Below, one piece after another: positions 20,313-30,328 of a stretch of DNA of 64,000 nt (the first letter of the stretch is position 1; each line of letters starts with the position of its first letter). The position numbers and the translations under genes are program-made. The notes under the pieces are model-generated. The model was not told where the DNA came from. It made no database searches and was given only the letters and a program-made list of their open reading frames with translations. The stretch covers positions 1,024,001 through 1,088,000 of the forward strand of contig JBGANV010000001.1 of NCBI GenBank assembly GCA_044222185.1. The letters run 5' to 3'. The DNA comes from Planctomycetota bacterium. Lineage in GTDB: Bacteria > Planctomycetota > GCA-002687715 > CAIWVZ01.

Positions 20313-21710
20313 TTGATCACATCCGCCCTCGTCCCGTTGATGATCCTCACCTGTCTCCCCCAGGACCCCGCCGGCACGCAGCAGGGCGAGGTCCAGTGGA
20401 AATACGGGGTGACGCCGCCCAACGGCGCCGTCGCGGTCGTCGACGATGCCGTCGTGACCATGGAGCTGTTCCTGGACGAGATGTCGTCGCATTTCGCCCG
20501 CCCGGACCAACCCCTCGGCCGCGAGACGCTCAACAACCTCGTCGACGAGATCCTCGTGGCGACCGAGGCCTCGCGGCGCGGCTTCCAGGTCTCGGATTCG
20601 GACGTCGAGAAGGAGACGAGCGAGCTCGAGGAACAGTTGAAGAAGAGCGGGACCTCGCTCGCCGCCGAGCTCGACAAGAAGCAGGTTCCGCGCGCGGCGT
20701 TCCAGGCCAAATTGCGCAAGACGCTCCTGCTCAAGCAGCTCGCGCGTGAAGACCAGCGCATCCCCGCGCCCGCGGCGGTCAGCGCCACGCACATGTCTGT
20801 GTGGCTGAAGAATCGGCGTGCCGCGGCCAAGATCGAGATGGATCGGGCGAAGCTGCCAAAGGGCACCGTGGCGAACATCGACGGAACTCCGCTCGACGAG
20901 CGAACATTCGTCGCGGCCGTGCTCCCGGACGCGAATCGCAAGGACGTCCGCGACAAGGTCGAGATGCTCATGCAGTACGTGCTCATGATGCGAGCGCTCG
21001 AGCAGAACCAGCTCTCTCTGACGGAGGCGGACGTCGAGCTCGAGTACGTCGACAAGCGCCGCGTGTTCGAATCCAACCCGCAGATGAAGGGGATCGAGTA
21101 CGCCGCGTTCGTCAAGGAACGCACGGGCCTGGATACGGACGCGTTGAAGCAGAGCCGCGCGTTTCGCCTCCACGCTGCGGTGTCGAAGATCGGGCGCAAA
21201 CAGTTCACGCCGGCGGACGTTCAGGCCTACTACGACAAGAACATCGAGTACTTCGGACCGCGCTACTCCGTTCGGCACTTGCTGATCCGCGGCGCCGACA
21301 ACGAGTCGAAGGACCTGGATGGCCGTGTCTTGATCCCGACGAAGGCCAAGGCGCGTGAGCAGATCGCCTCGATCCAGAAGGAACTCGCCAAGGGAAAGCG
21401 CTTCGAAGACCTCGTCCAGATCTACAGCGAACACACGCCGACGAAGTTCAAGGGTGGCGTGCTCGACCCGTTCACGCCGAAGACCGCGCCCTACGATTCG
21501 TTCGGCGAGGCCGTGAAGCCGCTGAAGGTCAACGACATCAGCCAACCGGTAGAGACGCCGCTCGGCTTCCACCTGCTGAAAGTCGAGGGGATCCAGCCCG
21601 CACCTCCCGTGCAGGCCGTCGAGTCGACGATCCGTCAGGAGCTCGGAACGAACTACCTCCGTGAGCTCTACCAGAAGGCCCGCAAGGGCGCCGACATCCG
21701 CGTCGAGTGA
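20313..21710 (+). CDS. PrsA/SurA-like peptidyl-prolyl isomerase (parvulin) with duplicated N-terminal chaperone domain
   Basis: VRHLLI, FEDLVQIYSE, KGGVL, ISQPVETPLGFHLLKV; two SurA-N-like segments; TTG start inferred. Confidence 0.88.
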   Translation: MITSALVPLMILTCLPQDPAGTQQGEVQWKYGVTPPNGAVAVVDDAVVTMELFLDEMSSHFARPDQPLGRETLNNLVDEILVATEASRRGFQVSDSDVEKETSELEEQLKKSGTSLAAELDKKQVPRAAFQAKLRKTLLLKQLAREDQRIPAPAAVSATHMSVWLKNRRAAAKIEMDRAKLPKGTVANIDGTPLDERTFVAAVLPDANRKDVRDKVEMLMQYVLMMRALEQNQLSLTEADVELEYVDKRRVFESNPQMKGIEYAAFVKERTGLDTDALKQSRAFRLHAAVSKIGRKQFTPADVQAYYDKNIEYFGPRYSVRHLLIRGADNESKDLDGRVLIPTKAKAREQIASIQKELAKGKRFEDLVQIYSEHTPTKFKGGVLDPFTPKTAPYDSFGEAVKPLKVNDISQPVETPLGFHLLKVEGIQPAPPVQAVESTIRQELGTNYLRELYQKARKGADIRVE

Positions 21711-21728
21711 GCGGCGCGCCGGCGCCGG

Positions 21729-23612
21729 CTACTTCCTCGATGCCGGGTCGGGAACGCCGACGGTGTCGAGCGTTTCCCCCGGCGCGACGAGGTCGGTGTA
21801 GGGGTCGGATTTCCATTGCTTGAAGCGCTCGACCTGCTTCGGCGTGGGCTTGCCACTCTTGGTCAGCGACATCTCCTCGGACGTGGGCCACGCGATCCGC
21901 ACGACGACCTTCGCCGATTTGCGCAACACCGTGACCGTGGTCGCATCCTCCCCGGGCTTCGGCAGCAGCGCCAGCAGTGGCGACGGGGCGTCAGGCCGCG
22001 ATTCGGCGCGCAGCGGTTTCGCGCCATCGATCTCGACGATGCGATCGTCCACTTCGAGTCCCGCGCGCTTCAGCCTGCTGTAGACCTCCGTCAGGCGGAT
22101 GGCATCGCCATCCCACTCCGCCTTCGAGCGCTCGATCCAGCGGCGGCTCTTTGCGGGGTCGGCTCCGCCGCCCGCGTAATCGATGCCGACGGTCTCGAAC
22201 ACCTGCGCGTAGGGCAGCTCGGCCGTGCCGCTCACGCAGTCCTTGAAGAACGCCGACAGATCGACCCCCGTCGCCTCCTGGAAGTCTTTCGGCAGCGCGT
22301 CCTCCTCGAACCCGGGCTTGGGCAGGCCGTACTTCGCCAGAAGAAAGCGCATGACGTCGTCGAGGGTCTTCTTCCCGTCCGTCTTGTCGCGGATGAGGAG
22401 GTCGAGGCACAGTCCGATCAGCTTGCCCTTGTTGTAGTAGTCGACGACTCGCATGGAGCCGAAGTCGCCGTAGCCTCGGTCGAAGGCCGAATGGGACGCG
22501 TCTTCCACGGATTCGGTGCGTCGCGCCGGCGTCGATTGAAGCTTCTGGATCTCGCCCGCGATCGTCTCCAGGAACTTGGTGTCGTTCCAGATTCCCGTCC
22601 GCCAGCATCCGAAGTCGGCGTAGTAGTCCGTGACACCTTCCGAAAGCCAGAGCGCCTTCGTTCGGACGGGCTGCGTGTAATCGAACGGCCCGAGGACCTT
22701 CGGGCGGATGCGCTTCACGTTCCACAGGTGGAAGTACTCGTGGGCGAAGAGCGAATCGAAGATCCCAGGCGACAGGCGAAGCATCGCGAGCGGAACTCCG
22801 ATGGTCGTCGAACTGAGGTGCTCGAGGCCGTATCCCGGGCCCTCGTGGATTTGAAACTGGTACTCGGCGTAGGGCGCCTTCCCGCCGAACATGCCGACGT
22901 AGTGCCGGATCAGGCGGCGGAGCAGTTCCTCGAGCGACCGCAGCTTCAGCGACTTGTCGCGCCTGTCGAAGACGATCGAGTAGGTGGCGTCTCCGACCGT
23001 GAACCGGTGAACGGTGAGCAGACCGATCTCGATGGGAGCGTCCGCGAACGTGTCGTAGTCAGGAGCGGAGAAACGCGACGGTGTCCCCGACCGAGGCAGC
23101 GACATCTGCACGAGCCACCCCTCGGGCACGGTGAAGGTCACGTCGTGCGGGACCCGGAGTGCATCCGTGACGTACAGGAAGGTGGCCGGCGGCTGCAACC
23201 ACGAGTAGTCCCGGGTGCGCTCCGCCGACGCGCCGTTGTCCATGAAGCTGTCGACCATCTCGAGCCGGTCGTAGCGGACGTTGATCGGCCAGGGCTTCCC
23301 TTCGGTGACGACCTTCCAATGCAGGTTGTCCTCGCGGCTGACCTTCAACGCAGTTCCGTCTGCGGCGGTGGCCGAAACGTCCACGATCCGCTTGTGGTAG
23401 GGCCGCAACTCATAGGACCCAGGTGACCACGCTGGTATCGCCAGAGTGACGATCGATTGCGGCTTTCCGGCCAGCGTCATGGAGATGAAGCAACGGTCCC
23501 GGACGTCGGCCTTGTACTCGACCGTGTAGGAGACGTGTCCGACCTGCGCCAGGCCCCCGCGGGCGATCAGGAGAAGCAGGCAGTACGCGAGCACGGTGTG
23601 TCGACGGAGCAT
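21729..23612 (-). CDS. Secreted M61 glycyl aminopeptidase family protein with PDZ-like C-terminus
   Basis: PAWSPGSY, GLEHLSS, AHEYFHLWNVKRIRP, LWLSEGVTDYY, YYNKG; GGAGGAG RBS. Confidence 0.92.
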   Translation of the reverse strand: MLRRHTVLAYCLLLLIARGGLAQVGHVSYTVEYKADVRDRCFISMTLAGKPQSIVTLAIPAWSPGSYELRPYHKRIVDVSATAADGTALKVSREDNLHWKVVTEGKPWPINVRYDRLEMVDSFMDNGASAERTRDYSWLQPPATFLYVTDALRVPHDVTFTVPEGWLVQMSLPRSGTPSRFSAPDYDTFADAPIEIGLLTVHRFTVGDATYSIVFDRRDKSLKLRSLEELLRRLIRHYVGMFGGKAPYAEYQFQIHEGPGYGLEHLSSTTIGVPLAMLRLSPGIFDSLFAHEYFHLWNVKRIRPKVLGPFDYTQPVRTKALWLSEGVTDYYADFGCWRTGIWNDTKFLETIAGEIQKLQSTPARRTESVEDASHSAFDRGYGDFGSMRVVDYYNKGKLIGLCLDLLIRDKTDGKKTLDDVMRFLLAKYGLPKPGFEEDALPKDFQEATGVDLSAFFKDCVSGTAELPYAQVFETVGIDYAGGGADPAKSRRWIERSKAEWDGDAIRLTEVYSRLKRAGLEVDDRIVEIDGAKPLRAESRPDAPSPLLALLPKPGEDATTVTVLRKSAKVVVRIAWPTSEEMSLTKSGKPTPKQVERFKQWKSDPYTDLVAPGETLDTVGVPDPASRK

Positions 23613-23662
23613 CTCTGGTCTCCTCCCGGAGCGAGTGATGGATGCGGACCGAGTGGCGAGCC

Positions 23663-24886
23663 TCAGAGGCCCGGGATCGGGAAGCGCTGCGCCACCTCGC
23701 GAACGGCCGGCCGGATCTTCTCCGGGTCGACGTTTTCGAGGAGGAGTTGGCGGATCCATACGGCCGCCTGCTTCATCTGCTCCGGCCCCATGCCGCGGGA
23801 TGTGGCGCATGGAGACCCCAGGCGGATGCCCGACGCGACGGTCGGCGGCTTCGGATCCTTCGGCACCAACTGCTTGTTCGCAAGGATTCCGGCACGCTCG
23901 AGGCGGTCCTCGGCCTCCTTGCCCGTCAGCGGCGTCTTGCGGAGGTCCACGACGAGGAGATGGGTCTTCGTTCCGCCCGAGACCAGGTCGAAGCCCGCGT
24001 CGAGGAGGCCCTTCGCCAGCGCCTGCATGTTGTCGACGACGCGTTGCATCGACGCCTTGAACGCCGGCTGCGCGGCTTCACCGAGCGCTACGGCCTTGGC
24101 GAGGAGCTGCGCCCCCGTGGCGTGCGCCATCACACCGGGAAACACCGCGCGGTCCAGGTCACGGCCCACGGGCTCGCGGCAGAACGCGATCGCGCCCTTC
24201 TGCCCGCGGAGCGTCTTCTGGATGGTCGTCATCACAGTGTCCGCGTGTGGGAACGGGCTGGGGTGATGACCGGAAACGACGAGACCTGCGAAGTGCGAGA
24301 TGTCCGCGTGAAGCAGTGCACCCACGGCCTTGGCGATCTCGGCGAACTTCACGAAGTCGAACTGGAACGGGCAGGACGAGCCGCCCGCGATGATCATCCG
24401 CGGACGTTCGCGCTGCGCGAGATCGCGGATCTCGTCGTAGTCGATCACGCCGTTGGCCGTCACCGAGTACGAGACGATCTTGTAGTCCTGGCCCGAGTAA
24501 TTCCACTTGAGGCCGTGCGAGAGGTGGCCGCCCTCGGCGAGACCGAGAGAGAGGATGGTCTCACCCTTCTTCAGGAACGCGCGGTAGACCGCCTCGTTCC
24601 CGCGTGTGCCGTCCGTCGGCTTCACGTTGACGTATTCGCTGCCGGGGAAGCACTTCAGCGCGCGCAGTTTCGCCAGTTCCTCGACGGCCTTCACGGTCCC
24701 GCAGCCGGGGTAGTAGAAGTTTCGCCCGTCGTTCTCCGAGTAGAAGAGCGGGTAGTTGCGTTCAGCCTCGAGAACGGCCGTTGACGGATGGTTGTCGCTC
24801 GGGACGAAGTCGATGGAATCCGATCGGAACTGGCGCTCGCGCGCGAGCAGGGCAAACGCCTCGGGATCGTTCTTCTCAAGCTGCAT
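23663..24886 (-). CDS. glyA: Serine hydroxymethyltransferase-like PLP enzyme (divergent)
   Basis: GGHLSHG, DISHFAGLV, PLP lysine in TTIQKTLRG, GGTKTHL, SGIRLGSP; several signature motifs altered. Confidence 0.85.
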   Translation of the reverse strand: MQLEKNDPEAFALLARERQFRSDSIDFVPSDNHPSTAVLEAERNYPLFYSENDGRNFYYPGCGTVKAVEELAKLRALKCFPGSEYVNVKPTDGTRGNEAVYRAFLKKGETILSLGLAEGGHLSHGLKWNYSGQDYKIVSYSVTANGVIDYDEIRDLAQRERPRMIIAGGSSCPFQFDFVKFAEIAKAVGALLHADISHFAGLVVSGHHPSPFPHADTVMTTIQKTLRGQKGAIAFCREPVGRDLDRAVFPGVMAHATGAQLLAKAVALGEAAQPAFKASMQRVVDNMQALAKGLLDAGFDLVSGGTKTHLLVVDLRKTPLTGKEAEDRLERAGILANKQLVPKDPKPPTVASGIRLGSPCATSRGMGPEQMKQAAVWIRQLLLENVDPEKIRPAVREVAQRFPIPGL

Positions 24887-24948
24887 GGTGTTCCTCGGTT
24901 GACTGGGTCAGGCGAGTTCGGCCCACGGGCCCGGTCACCTGGGACGCG

Positions 24949-25899
24949 TCACGGTTTGGGCATGCTACGCAGCTCGGGAAGGCGATTCCGCTCCTTCGCA
25001 GCCAGTCGCTCGTACAGCTTGGCAAGTCGTTCAGCATGGTCAGCTGATGTCGAGAGCGCCTCCCCACCACCCGACCGCGCCGCTTCCCAGAGGTGATAGA
25101 CGGCCCCTTCGTCGTCACCCTGCGACTCGAGAAGCTCGGCAAGCGCCATGTGCGACTCTCGGTTGCGGCGATCGATGTACAACACACGACGGTACGCCCC
25201 GATCGCAGCGTCGGCCTCACCGGCGAACTGCTCGAGGCGCCCCGAAGCCGTCAGTGTCGCCAGGTCCTCCGGGTCGGTGTGGAGTCCTCGGTCGTAGGCC
25301 TTCCGGGCTTCCGCAACGAGCTTGTCACGCGCCTCCCCCCGGGGCGCCGCGTGGGCTCGCTTCGAGAGGATCTCGCCCAGGATGAAGTTGGCCTCGACGT
25401 CTGCGGAGTCCCGCTCGAGGCCTTCCCGAACCAGTCGCTCGGCGACGTCGTCGTTGCCAGCACGGAACTCGTGGGTAGCGAGCGCGACGCGCGGCAGCGG
25501 GACCGTGTCGTAGAGCTTCACCATCCGTTCGAGGCGGCCGCGGCCCTCCGCCACATGCCCGTCCTCCAATTCCATCGCTGCGAGGTTCACGGAGGCACGC
25601 ATGTCGTCGGGCTTCAGAGCCAGGATCTGCTCGTATTCGTGTCGGGCGTCATCTCGCCTTCCGAGCTTCTCCAGCGCAACCGCCAGGTTGAAGCGGGCAC
25701 GTGAATCCGTCGCGTCGTCGTCGAGAGCCGCGCGATACTCGTGCACGGCGCCCTCGAAGTTGCCACTCGTGTAGAGGTAGTGCCCCTTGTTGAAGTGCGT
25801 CCGGATCGGTGTGTAGCTGCCGCAACCGGCCACTGCCAGCAGGAATGCCATGCCGATCATCGACCCGGCACTCCGGCGTCGTCCGACCCGCGCAGTCAC
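24949..25899 (-). CDS. TPR-repeat lipoprotein
   Basis: Lipobox LAVAGC; TPR helices (HFNKG…ARFNLAVAL…); GTGA overlap with the MlaD gene. Confidence 0.85.
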   Translation of the reverse strand: MTARVGRRRSAGSMIGMAFLLAVAGCGSYTPIRTHFNKGHYLYTSGNFEGAVHEYRAALDDDATDSRARFNLAVALEKLGRRDDARHEYEQILALKPDDMRASVNLAAMELEDGHVAEGRGRLERMVKLYDTVPLPRVALATHEFRAGNDDVAERLVREGLERDSADVEANFILGEILSKRAHAAPRGEARDKLVAEARKAYDRGLHTDPEDLATLTASGRLEQFAGEADAAIGAYRRVLYIDRRNRESHMALAELLESQGDDEGAVYHLWEAARSGGGEALSTSADHAERLAKLYERLAAKERNRLPELRSMPKP

Positions 25900-27158
25900 T
25901 TCTTGTCTCCCGACTCGTCGCGCTGCTCGTAGGGCTTGGCGCGACCGCTCTTCCGCAGTCCGGTGTCGTCACGCGGGACCGCCTCCAGCTCCTTCTCGTC
26001 GTCACCGAAGATCAGAAGTGCCGGATTCGCCTTCACCTTGCGCATGGCCATCTCGAACTGCCACAGCGCGTTTCGCATGGTGCGGAGGAGCTCCGCCACC
26101 TCCTCGGGCTTCAACCGGACGAGAGCATCCACGTCGACGAGGATCTTGGACGTCTTCGCCTGCAAGTCGTCGAGGCGCCCCTTGAGCGCCGCAGACTCTG
26201 CCTTGAGGTTGTCCGAGATCGCCCCGAGGTTGTCGACGATCTTCTCCACCTCGGGCTGTTTCTTGGCGACGAGCGCGTCGATGCGGTCGACCGCCGCCCG
26301 GGCCCGCGCGACGGCTTCGCGGCCCTCGTCCAACAAGGCGTTGAGTCTGGGCACCAGCTCGTCCTTGAGCTTGGATTGGGCCAGGACGATCGTCTCGTCG
26401 GAGTGCCGGAGCAATTGGTCGAGCTGCGCTTGCAGCGAGTCGGATCGAGACCGGTCGAGGTACTGCTGGACCGAGGTCATCGTCGTCTTGGCTGAATCGA
26501 GAGCGGCAGCCAGGTTCGGCACCATCGTGGCGAGCTTGTCGTGGTTCTTGGGATCGAGGAGCGGCGCGAGCAGATCCCGATCGAGTCGCTCCAGCATCCC
26601 GCTCAGTTGATCCACCAAGGGACCGGCGCGAGCCGTCAGGTCCTCGAGCGAATCGACCCGCTTCGAGGGGAACGGCACCGGCGACGTCTTCACGTCCTTG
26701 AGCAGTGTGCCGCCGCCCGCCGCCCAGGCACCCGGGTCGAGCGCGAGGAAGAAGGGACCGATGAAGCCCTCCTGCGCGATCATCACGGAAGTCTGCTCGC
26801 CGATCCGAACCGACGCATCGGTGACTCGGAATTTCACCCGGCTCATGTGGCGGACCTGGCCGACCTTGTGCGTGGCGACCCCCAGCCGGGACTTCTCTTC
26901 GTCGATGTCGGATTGGGTATAGGCCCGCTCCACGGAGGTGATTTCGCTCACCGCCCCGACCTTCTGCCCGCCGATCGCCACCTTCGACGCCGAGTTCAAC
27001 GTCTTGATGTTGTCGAAGAACGCCTCGCACTCGATCCCCGAGTCCTCGAACAACGGGATCGCCGTCCCGGTCACCTTGAACGCGAAGAGCGCGAAGATGA
27101 GCACGCTCAACACGATGAAGCCGCCGGAGATGATCTCGGAACGCCTGTACTCAGCCAT
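25896..27158 (-). CDS. mlaD: MCE/MlaD family protein with long helical C-terminus
   Basis: N-terminal TM; SKVAIGGQKVGAV, IAQEGFIG..FLALDPG; C-terminal NPALLIFG. Confidence 0.85.
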   Translation of the reverse strand: MAEYRRSEIISGGFIVLSVLIFALFAFKVTGTAIPLFEDSGIECEAFFDNIKTLNSASKVAIGGQKVGAVSEITSVERAYTQSDIDEEKSRLGVATHKVGQVRHMSRVKFRVTDASVRIGEQTSVMIAQEGFIGPFFLALDPGAWAAGGGTLLKDVKTSPVPFPSKRVDSLEDLTARAGPLVDQLSGMLERLDRDLLAPLLDPKNHDKLATMVPNLAAALDSAKTTMTSVQQYLDRSRSDSLQAQLDQLLRHSDETIVLAQSKLKDELVPRLNALLDEGREAVARARAAVDRIDALVAKKQPEVEKIVDNLGAISDNLKAESAALKGRLDDLQAKTSKILVDVDALVRLKPEEVAELLRTMRNALWQFEMAMRKVKANPALLIFGDDEKELEAVPRDDTGLRKSGRAKPYEQRDESGDKK

Positions 27159-27170
27159 GCGGGGAGTCCA

Positions 27171-27971
27171 TCACATCAAAAGGTCCTTGACGAACGCGTC
27201 GTGGCGGGCCGTGTCCTTCTCGGCCGGCTCCAGCTCACCGGAGACGAACTGTTTGATCAGCGGATGCGTGCTGGTGCGGAGATCCTGCAGCGACCCGTCC
27301 AGGATCACGCGTCCGCGGTCGAGCATGACGACGTGGTCCGCGATGCGGAAGACGCTTTCCATCACGTGCGTCACGACGATGTTCGTGATCCCCATCGTCG
27401 TCTTGAGCTTGTTGATCAAGACGTCGATGCGTGTCGTCGAGATCGGATCGAGCCCGGCCGATGGCTCGTCGTAGAAGAGGATCTTGGGATCACGGGCAAG
27501 TGCGCGGGCGATGGCCGCACGCTTTTGCATTCCACCCGAGATCTGAGCGGGGCGACGCTCCGCCGCGTGCAGGAGATCGACCTGGTTGAGCTTGATCTTC
27601 ACCATCGCGTCGATCGTCTCGACGTCGAGGCGCGTGTGAAACTCCAGCGGCAGCGCGATGTTTTCCGCGATCGACATGGAGTTCAGCAGCGCGCCGAGCT
27701 GGAACATCACACCGAATTTGCGGCGGACGTGATTGAGCTGCGACTCGCTCATGCGCGAGATGTCGTCGCCGTCGATCCAGACCCGCCCCGAAGTCGGGCG
27801 AAGGTTGCCGATCATCACCTTGAGGAGCGTGGATTTGCCGCCACCCGAGCCGCCCAGAATGCAGAGCGTCTCCCGCGGCTTCACGACGAAGCTGATCCCG
27901 CGAAGAACTTCGACGGCACCGAAGCGCAGCGTCACGTCCTCCACGCGGATGATCGGCTCGCCGTCCGTCAC
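27171..27971 (-). CDS. mlaF: MlaF/Mkl family ABC ATPase
   Basis: GGSGGGKST, FQLGALLNS, ISGGMQKR, YDEPSAGLDP, VVTH; GTGA overlap with mlaE. Confidence 0.92.
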   Translation of the reverse strand: MTDGEPIIRVEDVTLRFGAVEVLRGISFVVKPRETLCILGGSGGGKSTLLKVMIGNLRPTSGRVWIDGDDISRMSESQLNHVRRKFGVMFQLGALLNSMSIAENIALPLEFHTRLDVETIDAMVKIKLNQVDLLHAAERRPAQISGGMQKRAAIARALARDPKILFYDEPSAGLDPISTTRIDVLINKLKTTMGITNIVVTHVMESVFRIADHVVMLDRGRVILDGSLQDLRTSTHPLIKQFVSGELEPAEKDTARHDAFVKDLLM

Positions 27972-28825
27972 TGCAAATACCCCACGATCACCGCGGTGAT
28001 CAGTGCGTCGGCGACGATGATGAGCACGAGGCTGGTGACGACGGCGACCATCGTGTTGCGCCCGAGCCCAACGGGTCCGCCCTCGGTGATGAACCCGAAG
28101 TAGCAGCAGACGAGGCTCGTGATGACGGAGAACACGACGGACTTGAAGAGCCCGCGGTTGAGCTCCGCGAGCCTCAATGCCTCGATCGTGCGGCTCACGT
28201 ACACCTCGGTCGAGATGTCGAACATGGCGTAGGAGACGAGCCAGCCGCCGACCATGCCGATCAGATACGAGAAGACGGTGAGGCACGGTTGCATGACGAC
28301 GAGCGACACGAACCGCGGCACCACGAGGTAGCCCACGGGGTGCACGGCCATGGTCTCCAGCGCCATGATCTCGTCGTTGATTCGCATCGACGCGAGCACG
28401 GCGGTGAACGACGCGCCGACGCGAGCCGTCAGCACGATTGCGGTCATCAGCGGACCGAGCTCACGCGTGATGGACAGACCGACCATGCCGGGGACGCGTT
28501 CGAGCTGCCCGAACTCCTTCATCACCGCGCCCGTCTGAAGCACGAGCACCGCGCCGATCAGGAAGGAGACGAGCCCGACGATCGGCACGGACTTGACGCC
28601 GACGCTGCTCATGAGCGCGAACAGCTGTTTGCGGATCTTCGTCTGTCCACGGAAGGGACCGACGAACGTGAAGTAGACCGTGAGAACGAAGAGGTAGGCG
28701 ACACCCGAGACGTGGGTCACCGTTCCGATGACCGGGGCTCCGATCTGGCCCAGGGACCGCGTCGCTACGTTCGAACGCGGGGTCGCGCTTTCCGATGCCA
28801 CCGAGCCGCTCGACGTTTCCGCCAT
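27968..28825 (-). CDS. mlaE: MlaE family ABC permease
   Basis: RELGPLMTAIVLTARVG, MRINDEIMALETM, YLVVPR, GGPVGLG. Confidence 0.92.
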   Translation of the reverse strand: MAETSSGSVASESATPRSNVATRSLGQIGAPVIGTVTHVSGVAYLFVLTVYFTFVGPFRGQTKIRKQLFALMSSVGVKSVPIVGLVSFLIGAVLVLQTGAVMKEFGQLERVPGMVGLSITRELGPLMTAIVLTARVGASFTAVLASMRINDEIMALETMAVHPVGYLVVPRFVSLVVMQPCLTVFSYLIGMVGGWLVSYAMFDISTEVYVSRTIEALRLAELNRGLFKSVVFSVITSLVCCYFGFITEGGPVGLGRNTMVAVVTSLVLIIVADALITAVIVGYLQ

Positions 28826-28826
28826 T

Positions 28827-29147
28827 TCACGTCCCCGCGGTCGTATCGATCGGGAAGAACGTCTGGAGCTGCGAGAGCTCGATCACGTCGCGGACCTGCC
28901 GACTCGGGTCGAGCAGCCGGAAACCGACCTTCGACTTCTGCGCCTGCCGGACGCCGGTGATGAGCACCGCGATGCCGGAGGAGTCGATGTATCCGACGCC
29001 CTTCAAGTCCAAGCGCAAGGTCGCCACGCCTTTCATGGCGCGTTTCAGCTCGTCCCGCAGTTCGGGGGACGAGTCCATGTCCACGTCCCCTTTGACGACG
29101 AGCGTCCGCTGGGTGCCTTCGTCCCGTGTCGTCATCTCAAGAGCCAT
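28827..29147 (-). CDS. STAS-domain anti-sigma factor antagonist / MlaB-like
   Basis: GDVDMDSSPELR, LDLKGVGYIDSSGIAVL with the phospho-acceptor DSSG. Confidence 0.9.
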   Translation of the reverse strand: MALEMTTRDEGTQRTLVVKGDVDMDSSPELRDELKRAMKGVATLRLDLKGVGYIDSSGIAVLITGVRQAQKSKVGFRLLDPSRQVRDVIELSQLQTFFPIDTTAGT

Positions 29148-29589
29148 CGCGATTCCCTTCCTCGGCTGCTGGGATCCCCTTTTCCATCACGAGCGCGACG
29201 CGGCCCGGGGCCTCGGGGTCCGCCTCGAACACGATCCGGTCCATGATTCGGTTGATGAAATGCGTTCCAAGTCCGCCCGGACGCGGCTGGTTGAGGTCCC
29301 GAGGCTTGATGTTCGGCACATCGGCCTCGTCACAAAAATCCGGCAGTCGGAAGCGGATGTTGTCTGGACCCACCGTGGTCTGGACGTGGACACGCCGATT
29401 CGCGCGGCACGCGGTGCCGGAGTGTTTGATGATGTTCGCGCACGCCTCGTCCAGGGCGAGCACGACCATCTGCGCCCCCGAATCCCCCAGCGCCTCCTCC
29501 AAAACCGGCAGGAAGAAGGAGCGGATGGCGCGGAGGTAGCGCGAATCAGCAGGAACACTGACCAAAAAGCTACGGTCCTTCATCACCAT
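29137..29589 (-). CDS. RsbW/SpoIIAB-like anti-sigma factor Ser kinase (HATPase_c_2)
   Basis: LALDEACANIIKHS N-box, RPGGLGTHFINRIMD G-box; overlaps the STAS gene. Confidence 0.88.
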   Translation of the reverse strand: MVMKDRSFLVSVPADSRYLRAIRSFFLPVLEEALGDSGAQMVVLALDEACANIIKHSGTACRANRRVHVQTTVGPDNIRFRLPDFCDEADVPNIKPRDLNQPRPGGLGTHFINRIMDRIVFEADPEAPGRVALVMEKGIPAAEEGNRDGS

Positions 29590-29694
29590 CCGGCTTCGTG
29601 AGTCGCCCCCATTGGGTGCGAGGCGGCGCATCCTAACCCCTTGCAGCGCGGCGCGCCAAGCGCGTTCGGCTGCCGGCTGACGTCGGATCGACGG

Positions 29695-30123
29695 CTACCG
29701 AATGAGGCGTTCGCGGGGAGCTTCACGACCGGCTCCGACCCACACGCCAGCCTGGTCGACGGTGTGCCCGGCGGCCTCGATCCGGATCGAGAATCCGTCT
29801 CCGACGGCAAGAGCACCGAGTTCGGACGGCCAGGGCAGCTCGCGCCGTCGTGTCAGCGTGGAATGAACCTGGCCACGCGTGTTCCGAACGGTCACGCGGA
29901 CCGGTGCGAGCCAGCCGGGAGTCACGAACACGAGCCCCGGAACATGGCTGTCGGCGAGCTCCCGAGGCGCGAGGATTCGCCAGCGACCAGCTCGCAGGTC
30001 AGGCCTCGGCCTCGACGCCTGCGGGATCGCAGGCCTCGGTTCGGTGGGCGGGCGCCCGGGGAGACACCAGGCAGCGACGGCCGCAAGCGCGACCGCGGCG
30101 ATGCGAGCGGGATTTCGGCTCAT
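29695..30123 (-). CDS. Possible exported hypothetical protein
   Basis: Signal-like N-terminus (RIAAVALAAVAAWC); fills an otherwise empty gap; no motif recognised. Confidence 0.35.
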   Translation of the reverse strand: MSRNPARIAAVALAAVAAWCLPGRPPTEPRPAIPQASRPRPDLRAGRWRILAPRELADSHVPGLVFVTPGWLAPVRVTVRNTRGQVHSTLTRRRELPWPSELGALAVGDGFSIRIEAAGHTVDQAGVWVGAGREAPRERLIR

Positions 30124-30328
30124 GCAATGGAGACGCCGGGCGTGATCGCATGTCCGCACCCATCCGCAGGAATTGGCGGGACCTGGCCCGGTCGTCTCGA
30201 TCCGAGGGTCGCGGGCGCGCCCCGTGACCAGGCGGTATCGCGAGCCCTGCCGATCGGATCCCTCTTGCGTCGAGATCAGACCCGGCGCGGAGGGACGGAC
30301 TCACGCCGGCTTCGATGGACGAGGTCGT

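Noticed and set aside
20015-21208. N-terminal extension making an 876-aa ORF at 18578..21208
   Set aside because: Antisense to the PPIase gene; the signal peptide and RBS place the start at 20014
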